Source: Solirubrobacteraceae bacterium (lineage in GTDB: Bacteria; Actinomycetota; Thermoleophilia; Solirubrobacterales; Solirubrobacteraceae). From it: a stretch of 64,000 bases of DNA. Under the pieces are notes generated by a model, which was not told where the DNA came from, made no database searches, and saw only the letters and a list, made by a program, of their open reading frames with translations. Where the stretch lies: the NCBI GenBank assembly GCA_036495305.1, contig DASXNB010000004.1, positions 1,690 through 65,689 on the forward strand. The letters are read 5' to 3'. Every line of letters starts with the position of its first letter. The first letter of the stretch is position 1. Shown here piece after piece: positions 57,721-64,000 of this stretch. A program made the position numbers and the translations under genes.

Positions 57721-58431
57721 ATGAGGTTCGGGGTCCTTCAGTTCCCGGGCACGTGCGACGAGGTGGACGCATTGCACGCCGCCAGACGCGTTGGCGACGC
57801 GGAGCTCCTGTGGCATGGCGAGCGCGACCTGAAGGGGTGCGATGCGATCGTGGTGCCGGGTGGGTTCTCCTATGGCGACTACCTCCGCGCGGGGGCGATC
57901 GCGCGCTTTTCGCCCGTGATGGAGTCGGTGATCGCCTTCGCCAAAGACGGGGGGTTGGTGCTCGGGATCTGCAACGGTTTTCAAGTTCTCTGCGAGGCGA
58001 AACTGCTTCCTGGGGCGCTACTCCCAAACGCGAATCTCCGTTTCACCTTCAGGCAGGTGGACCTCGAGGTGGTGCGGCCTGACACGGCTTTCACTTGCGC
58101 TTGTGGGCCGGGTAGATCGTCGCGGGGGCCCGGCGGGCGGGAGCAACTCGCGCGCCTCAGCATCCCCGCGAAGCACTCGTGGGGACGTTATTACGCCGAC
58201 GAGGCCACCCTCGCGATCATGGAGGAAAGTGGGCAGGTGGTGCTGCGGTATGCCGAGGGGGAGAACTTCAACGGCTCCACCCACGACATCGCGGGGGTGA
58301 GCAACGAGGTGGGGAACGTCTTCGGGTTGATGCCCCACCCCGAGCACGCCGTTGACGAGCTCACCGGTTCGGTCGATGGGCTGTGCATCTTCGCCTCGAT
58401 GCGCATGGCGGTGGAGGGTGCGCGTGTCTGA
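57721..58431 (+). CDS. purQ: FGAM synthase glutaminase subunit PurQ
   Basis: FPGTCDE, nucleophile GICNGFQ, HPEH. Confidence 0.92.
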   Translation: MRFGVLQFPGTCDEVDALHAARRVGDAELLWHGERDLKGCDAIVVPGGFSYGDYLRAGAIARFSPVMESVIAFAKDGGLVLGICNGFQVLCEAKLLPGALLPNANLRFTFRQVDLEVVRPDTAFTCACGPGRSSRGPGGREQLARLSIPAKHSWGRYYADEATLAIMEESGQVVLRYAEGENFNGSTHDIAGVSNEVGNVFGLMPHPEHAVDELTGSVDGLCIFASMRMAVEGARV

Positions 58432-60718
58432 TTCGGCGACGCTCCCCACGGTGAAGGACGCGCTCGCGCTCGGGCTCACCGAAGCCGAGTACAAGCTGAT
58501 CTGTGAGAAGCAAGAAGGGTCGCCAAACCAGGTGGAGTTGGCGATGTACTCGCTGTTGTGGAGCGAGCACTGCGCTTATAAGCACTCAAAGAAGTTGCTG
58601 CGCACGCTCCCCACCGAGGGCGAGTACGTGGTGATGGGTCCGGGCGAGAACGCCGGTGCGGTCGATCTCGGCGACGGGTTGGTGTGCGCGTTTAAGGTGG
58701 AGTCCCACAACCACCCCTCCGCCGTCGAGCCCTTCCAGGGCGCCGCCACGGGTGTGGGGGGGATTCTCAGGGACATCTTCGCGGTAGGTGCCCGCCCGGT
58801 GGCGGTGCTCGATTCGCTGCGATTCGGCGATCCCTCGAGCCAACGATCCCGCTACCTACTCGACCGTGCTGTTGCGGGCATCGGGCACTACGGCAACTCC
58901 ATCGGGGTTCCCACGATTGGCGGGGAGGTGTACTTCGAGGGTCCCTACGAGCAGAACTGCCTCGTCAACGCGATGGCTCTGGGCATCGCCAACCGTGAGG
59001 ACCTTGTCACAAGCGCCGCGGTGGGGGTGGGCAACACCGTGGTGCTCTTCGGTGCCTCCACCGGCCGCGACGGCATCGGCGGCGCCTCGGTGCTCGCCTC
59101 CGCGGAGCTGGGGGAAGACGACGACAAGCGACCCACCGTCCAGGTGGGCGACCCCTTCGAGGAGAAGAAGCTCATGGAGTGCTCGCTGGAGTTGTTGGAG
59201 CGTGGCCTACTCGTCTCGCTCCAAGACCTCGGCGCGGCCGGGCTCACCTCCTCGGCCTCTGAGATGGCGTCCAAGGGAGAGGTGGGGATCGACATCGATG
59301 TCGCCAAGGTCCCGCTCCGCGAGGCCGACATGGAGCCCTTCGAGATCATGGTGTCCGAGTCGCAGGAGCGCATGCTCTGCGTGGTGGAACCCCACAACGT
59401 CGATGCCGTGATGGTGCTTTGCGAGAAGTGGGAGGTGGGTGGCGCCGCCATCGGTTGCGTCACCGACAGCGGTCGCATGCGCGTGTACGACGGGGGCGCC
59501 CTTGTTGGCGATATGCCCGTGAGGGCGCTGGTAGACGATTGCCCCCTTTATGACCTGCATCCCGCGAAGCCGCAGGCCACCGTCTATGCGGAGCCGAAGG
59601 CGGAGCTCGTCCTCAACGACTCCTCGGTGGGCATCGTGCGCGACGCGATGGACGGTGGAGCATGGGGAGAGATCCTCCTCGCGCTGCTCTCCTGTCCCAA
59701 CATCGCGTCCCGTCGCCCCCTGTTCGAGCAATACGACGCGATCGTGCAATCCCGTACCGTCCGTCGTCCCGAGCAGGCGGACGCGGCAGTGCTCACAATT
59801 CGCGCCCATGGTTCGAGCCCCAGGGTCGAGTGGGGCGCTTCCCACGAGGATCGTCCCCTCCCTGCCATGGGGGTGTCGATCGATTGCAACGGTCGCCGCG
59901 TAGCCGCCGACCCCTACACCGGCACGGTTGCCGCGGTGCTCGAGTGCGCGTCGAACCTCGCCTGCGTTGGTGCCCTTCCGCTCGGGACAACCAACAACCT
60001 CAATTTCGGCAACCCCGAGAAGCCCCACATAGCGTGGCAACTAACCGAATCTGTACGCGGGCTGGGGGACGCCTGCCGCGCGCTCGCCGCGCCCGTCGTG
60101 GGGGGCAACGTGTCGCTTTATAACGAGGGTTCTACCACTGGTCCGATCTACCCCACCCCCGTGATCGGCATGGTGGGAAAGCTCCCCGACGCCCACTTTG
60201 CCGGGCAACTCGGTTTCGCGCGCGCGGGCGACACTGTCGCGCTGGTCGGTCAGTTTTCACCCTCCCTTGCCGCCTCCGAGCTTGCCAAGCTACGTGGCGA
60301 GGGACTCCCCGACGGCCTCCCCCAGCTTGACCTAGTTGTGGTGATAGCCGCCCAAAACGCCATCCGTGCGGCGGTACGGGAAGGGGCGGTGGCGAGCGCC
60401 CACGACATCGCCGAGGGTGGGCTCGGAGTGGCGCTCGCCGAGTGCTGCCTAGCGGGGGAAATCGGCGCACAAATCGAGCTCGACAGCTACACACTCGACA
60501 CCCTCTTCGGTGAGGGCTCCGGGGGGTTTGTCGTGAGCGGCGAGGAGCAAAACCTGCGCACGCTCGAACGGTTCACGCCCATGCAAATCCTGGGTGTCGT
60601 CGGCGGCGAGGTGTTGCGCATCGTGGGCCCGGGGGGCACGCAGGAGGGCGAGCGGATCGAGCTGACTCTGGCTGAGATGACCCGAGCTCACGGCGCCCTG
60701 GCGGAGCTTTTCGCGTGA
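58424..60718 (+). CDS. purL: FGAM synthase subunit PurL
   Basis: [21 protein letters not shown] 58424 follows GGAGG and overlaps the purQ end. Confidence 0.93.
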   Translation: MSDSATLPTVKDALALGLTEAEYKLICEKQEGSPNQVELAMYSLLWSEHCAYKHSKKLLRTLPTEGEYVVMGPGENAGAVDLGDGLVCAFKVESHNHPSAVEPFQGAATGVGGILRDIFAVGARPVAVLDSLRFGDPSSQRSRYLLDRAVAGIGHYGNSIGVPTIGGEVYFEGPYEQNCLVNAMALGIANREDLVTSAAVGVGNTVVLFGASTGRDGIGGASVLASAELGEDDDKRPTVQVGDPFEEKKLMECSLELLERGLLVSLQDLGAAGLTSSASEMASKGEVGIDIDVAKVPLREADMEPFEIMVSESQERMLCVVEPHNVDAVMVLCEKWEVGGAAIGCVTDSGRMRVYDGGALVGDMPVRALVDDCPLYDLHPAKPQATVYAEPKAELVLNDSSVGIVRDAMDGGAWGEILLALLSCPNIASRRPLFEQYDAIVQSRTVRRPEQADAAVLTIRAHGSSPRVEWGASHEDRPLPAMGVSIDCNGRRVAADPYTGTVAAVLECASNLACVGALPLGTTNNLNFGNPEKPHIAWQLTESVRGLGDACRALAAPVVGGNVSLYNEGSTTGPIYPTPVIGMVGKLPDAHFAGQLGFARAGDTVALVGQFSPSLAASELAKLRGEGLPDGLPQLDLVVVIAAQNAIRAAVREGAVASAHDIAEGGLGVALAECCLAGEIGAQIELDSYTLDTLFGEGSGGFVVSGEEQNLRTLERFTPMQILGVVGGEVLRIVGPGGTQEGERIELTLAEMTRAHGALAELFA

Positions 60719-60731
60719 GTCCCGCTTCCCC

Positions 60732-60743
60732 ACGACGTGTTGG
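60732..60743. promoter_or_regulatory. pur-box candidate ACGACGTGTTGG
   Basis: In the purL-purF spacer; 11/12 identical to the box at 56424. Confidence 0.35.
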
Positions 60744-60838
60744 CGGAGTCTTTTCGCGTGAGCACCCTCGCAAACACCGTCCGGACGGACCGTGGAGGGC
60801 CGTCTCGTGGATGGGGCGCTGCTAGCGTGAAGCTGGCA

Positions 60839-62407
60839 ATGTCTGCGAGCCCTCGTCCGGAGGACCGTGACGGACCGCGCGATGAGTGCGGTGTGTTTGG
60901 CATATACGCGCCGGCTCACGAAGTCTCGCGCCTCTCCTATTTCGCGCTCTATGCACTCCAGCACCGCGGGCAGGAGTCAGCCGGAATCGCCGCCGCCGAC
61001 CGTGGCGGCAACATCATGACCCGCCGCGAGTTGGGTCTCGTGAGTCAGGTGTTCGATGAGAACGACCTCCACACGCTTGCCGGGGAGCTTGCGATCGGTC
61101 ACGTTCGCTACTCCACCACAGGTTCAAATGCCTGGGAGAACTCCCAACCCGTGCAACGCTCCGCCGGCACCAACGGTTCCACGCGCGAGCTCGCCCTCGC
61201 CCACAACGGCAACCTCATCAACGCCGTCGAGCTCCATGACGAGCTCACAGAGCGGGGTGTTACGTTCAGCTCCACCTCAGATTCGGAGATCGTGGCGGCG
61301 CTCATAGCCACGCACCCCGCCGAGCACATCGAGGACGCCATCGCCGACATCCTCCCTTGCCTCAACGGTGCCTTCTCGATCGTGGTGATGACCAAGGACA
61401 AGGTCGTCGCCTTCCGCGACCCCCACGGTTTGCGCCCGCTCGTGTTGGGGGTCATCCCCGCCAACGGAACCCCCGCGGAGGGTGGGCAGTCCATGAAGGG
61501 CGGAGACCTCACGGAGGGTGGGCAGCCAACAGCGGGTGGGCAACCCGCGGAGGGCGGGGAGTCCTCCGATCCCCCCCGCTACTGCGTGGCGAGCGAGTCG
61601 TGTGCGTTTGACATCATCGGCGCCACCCTCCTGCGCGACGTCGAACCCGGGGAGATCGTCACGCTCGGCGAGCACGGCATCGAGAGCCGCCGTGTGATGC
61701 CCGATGCTCGCAAGGCGTTTTGCGTGTTCGAGTACATCTACTTCGCCCGCCCAGACTCTCGCATGAACGGCAACGTCCTCCAGGTTGCCCGTGGGCGCAT
61801 GGGGGAGATCCTCGCACGCGAGTCCCCTGTGGATGCCGATCTCGTGATCCCCGTCCCCGACTCCGGCAACCCTGCCGCCCGCGGCTTCGCTCGTGCCTCC
61901 GGGTTGCCCCAGGACGACGGGTTCGTCAAGAACCGCTATGTCGCCCGCACCTTCATCCAACCGGGCCAGGAGCTACGAAAGCACGGGTTGCGCCTCAAGT
62001 TCAACCCCCTCCCCGAGGTGGTGGGGGGCAAGCGCCTCGTCGTAGTGGACGATTCGATCGTCCGTGGCAACACCACCCGCCAGATCGTGCAAATGCTCAG
62101 AGACGCGGGGGCCGTAGAGGTGCACATGCGCATCTCCGCTCCCCCCATCAAGCACCCCTGCCACTACGGCATCGACATGTCAACGCGCGAGGAGATGATC
62201 GCCCACAAGCGCTCCACCGAGGAGATCGCCGCCGAGTTGGGTTGCGACTCGCTCGCCTACCTCTCCCTCGACGGGGTGTACGAGGCGGTGGGCGCCGGGG
62301 TGGGGGGGCGACAATCCCACTGCGACGCCTGCTTCACGGGGGACTACCCGGTGAAGGGCAGCGACTCCGCGCAGGGCAAGTACGCCCTGGAGATCGCCGG
62401 CGCCTAG
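60839..62407 (+). CDS. purF: Amidophosphoribosyltransferase
   Basis: Propeptide followed by CGVFGI; RGQESAGI; PRPP loop VVVDDSIVRGNT. Carries an insertion of about 40 aa. Confidence 0.92.
   Translation: MSASPRPEDRDGPRDECGVFGIYAPAHEVSRLSYFALYALQHRGQESAGIAAADRGGNIMTRRELGLVSQVFDENDLHTLAGELAIGHVRYSTTGSNAWENSQPVQRSAGTNGSTRELALAHNGNLINAVELHDELTERGVTFSSTSDSEIVAALIATHPAEHIEDAIADILPCLNGAFSIVVMTKDKVVAFRDPHGLRPLVLGVIPANGTPAEGGQSMKGGDLTEGGQPTAGGQPAEGGESSDPPRYCVASESCAFDIIGATLLRDVEPGEIVTLGEHGIESRRVMPDARKAFCVFEYIYFARPDSRMNGNVLQVARGRMGEILARESPVDADLVIPVPDSGNPAARGFARASGLPQDDGFVKNRYVARTFIQPGQELRKHGLRLKFNPLPEVVGGKRLVVVDDSIVRGNTTRQIVQMLRDAGAVEVHMRISAPPIKHPCHYGIDMSTREEMIAHKRSTEEIAAELGCDSLAYLSLDGVYEAVGAGVGGRQSHCDACFTGDYPVKGSDSAQGKYALEIAGA
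61458..61585 (+). repeat. In-frame repeat expansion in purF (NGTPAEGGQSMKGGDLTEGGQPTAGGQPAEGGESS)
   Basis: GGAACCCCCGCGGAGGGTGGGCAG is related to the GTPHDGGQ element, followed by three degenerate GGAGGGTGGGCAG-like units. Confidence 0.75.
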
Positions 62408-62472
62408 CCCAATTCAACTGACCTTACCATTTTTGGCGGTAAGATCGATAAGATGCGGTAAGGTTGGTTGGG

Positions 62473-63654
62473 ATGGATCCCTTCAAGAACCCGTTCCGTC
62501 CCGGTGCCGGAACGCCTCCCCCGGCGCTGATCGGCCGTGATGAGCTGATCGAGAAATACAACGTCGCGTTGCAACGCACGCTGAGCGGTCGTCCGGGCAA
62601 GAGCGTCATGCCGATCGGCCTACGAGGCGTGGGCAAGACAGTGTTGCTGAATCGCTTCGAACAGCTGGCGCGCGAGAGCGGCATACAGACGGGCTTCCTC
62701 GAGGCGCCGGACACCGGCGAGTTCAAGCGTCTTCTGGCCACGCGACTTCGGTCCATTCTCGTGGGGCTGGATCAAGGGTCTGTCTCGCAGGCGGTCAAGC
62801 GGGCGATGGGGATATTGAAGTCGTTCACCTACACCCTGCCCGACGGCATGGCGATCTCGCTCAGCGTCGATCCGGTACTCGGGAGTGCAGACTCCGGTGT
62901 GCTCTCGGAGGACACAACCGACCTCCTTGTCGCCGTCGGAGAGGCCGTCAAGGATCGCGAGACCGGATTGCTGCTTGCGATTGACGAGGTTCAATACCTC
63001 ACAGCCGAAGAGTTGGCCGCACTCATCAGCGCGATCCATCGAACAGTCCAACTCAGCTTGCCCGTGATCCTCGTGGGCGCCGGATTGCCACAGCTACCGG
63101 GTCTCGCGGGCAGCGCCAAGTCGTATGCCGAGAGGCTGTTCGATTTCCCCCACATTGGACCCCTCGCACGAGTGGACGCACAAGCGGCCCTCGAGCTGCC
63201 GGCCGAGGCCCAAGATGTCACATTCAGCGTAGATGCGCTAGCCGAGTTGCTGGACCGAACTCATGGTTATCCCTACTTTCTTCAAGAGTGGGGCTATCAC
63301 GTTTGGAACGTAGCTCCGAAGTCTCCGATCACTGTCGAGGATGTGCGCTTGGCCGCGCCCGACGTACAGCGTCAGCTAGATGAGAACTTTTTCCTTGTCC
63401 GGATGGACAGATTGACCCCGGCGGAGAGGCGCTATCTCGCCGCGATGGCTGCGCTGGGTGAAGGGCCGCATCGATCGGGCGATGTGGCCGCGCGTCTTGA
63501 CGTGAAGGTTGAGAGCGTGGCGCCCCGGCGCTCTGCGCTGATCCGGAAGGGCATGGTGTTCAGCCCCGCACACGGCGACACCGCCTTCACGGTGCCGCTG
63601 TTTGATGAGTTTTTGCGGCGCACACACAGCGTTGGGCGCAAATCCCAGTCATGA
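62473..63654 (+). CDS. AAA+/STAND-like ATP-binding protein with C-terminal winged helix
   Basis: Walker A GLRGVGKT, Walker B LLAIDEVQYL; C-terminal wHTH-like segment (RYLAAMAALGEGPHRSGDVAARL). Confidence 0.7.
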   Translation: MDPFKNPFRPGAGTPPPALIGRDELIEKYNVALQRTLSGRPGKSVMPIGLRGVGKTVLLNRFEQLARESGIQTGFLEAPDTGEFKRLLATRLRSILVGLDQGSVSQAVKRAMGILKSFTYTLPDGMAISLSVDPVLGSADSGVLSEDTTDLLVAVGEAVKDRETGLLLAIDEVQYLTAEELAALISAIHRTVQLSLPVILVGAGLPQLPGLAGSAKSYAERLFDFPHIGPLARVDAQAALELPAEAQDVTFSVDALAELLDRTHGYPYFLQEWGYHVWNVAPKSPITVEDVRLAAPDVQRQLDENFFLVRMDRLTPAERRYLAAMAALGEGPHRSGDVAARLDVKVESVAPRRSALIRKGMVFSPAHGDTAFTVPLFDEFLRRTHSVGRKSQS

Positions 63655-63659
63655 TGATT

Positions 63660-63667
63660 GACACGTC
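63660..63667. promoter_or_regulatory. pur-box core (GACACGTC = reverse complement of GACGTGTC)
   Basis: Only the 8-nt core matches, 66 nt upstream of the purN ATG. Confidence 0.25.
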
Positions 63668-63732
63668 AGGCCGAAATATGGCTCTCGGAGGAAGACGTAT
63701 TCGGTCGAGGGCGGTGCGCGGGATGGCGGGAC

Positions 63733-64000
63733 ATGACTGAGGTCACCAGCTCTCTACCGGTCGCGGTTCTCGCTTCGGGCGCTGGTACCAACCTGCAAGC
63801 GCTCCTCGACACCGTGCACAACCGCGAGGCCGACGTGGTGGCCGTCGCCTCTGACAACCCCTCCGCCCCGGCGCTGCGGCGAGCGGCAGACCGTGGCGTG
63901 GAGACGCGTGTGTTCGAGCGCTCGGCCTACGCCGTCCGGCAAGAGCGCGACCTGGCGATGGCAGATTGGCTTTCAGAGCGCGGCGCACGTTTGGTGGTGC
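63733..64000 (+). CDS. purN: Phosphoribosylglycinamide formyltransferase (5' fragment, runs off the window)
   Basis: My translation from ATG 63733: MTEVTSSLPVAVLASGAGTNLQALLD... This is the typical PurN N-terminus. It is absent from the ORF track because there is no stop in the window. Confidence 0.8.
   Translation, partial: MTEVTSSLPVAVLASGAGTNLQALLDTVHNREADVVAVASDNPSAPALRRAADRGVETRVFERSAYAVRQERDLAMADWLSERGARLVV

Noticed and set aside
61458-61585. Possible CRISPR-like or tandem-repeat array.
   Set aside because: The repeats are degenerate 13-nt units without spacers, lie in frame inside purF, and there are no cas genes. No CRISPR array exists anywhere in the window.

Overview
High-GC (hand counts about 68-72%) chromosomal segment. 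Its actinobacterial-type hallmarks are an HspR-containing dnaK operon and ino1 with a CDP-alcohol phosphatidyltransferase; I cannot place it more precisely. Most of the window is densely packed housekeeping: tkt-tal; two overlapping acyl-CoA dehydrogenase genes; a PBP5-type carboxypeptidase; a long minus-strand lpdA...pdhA-pdhB-pdhC-lipB-lipA block; thiE divergent from thiO-thiS-thiG; argF; an RNA m5U methyltransferase; an inositol-phospholipid cluster; vapBC; a desaturase; dnaK-grpE-dnaJ-hspR-clpB; and purE/D, purB, purC-S-Q-L-F and a purN fragment. No rRNA, tRNA, CRISPR array, transposase or integrase was seen. Signals worth a second look: (1) a lower-GC operon at 32.3-39.9 kb encodes three translationally coupled, signal-peptide-bearing giant proteins. 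They are a PD40 propeller, a 941-aa protein with no recognisable family, and a 5x FN3-like repeat protein, and each ends in a Lys/Arg-rich tail. Upstream is a roughly 470-nt leader with a perfect 25-bp palindrome fused to a (TC)11 microsatellite; downstream is a TetR-wHTH fusion regulator. (2) A 35-60-nt GC-rich element is inserted in frame, always in coding orientation, in four unrelated conserved genes, adding GTPH(D/G)GGQAGG-type loops. (3) An intergenic REP-like repeat, GGGGTGACTCGCGCGCGCG, occurs four times. (4) An ACGACGTGTCG box recurs upstream of purC, purF and purN. (5) Two paralogous tiny hydrophobic ORFs lie next to an orphan antisense-oriented terminator. (6) A GT4-N/PHP fusion sits beside ino1 and PIP synthase. 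(7) clpB lacks the N-domain and is fused into the dnaK-hspR operon. All functional calls come from reading motifs by eye; no database search was run.
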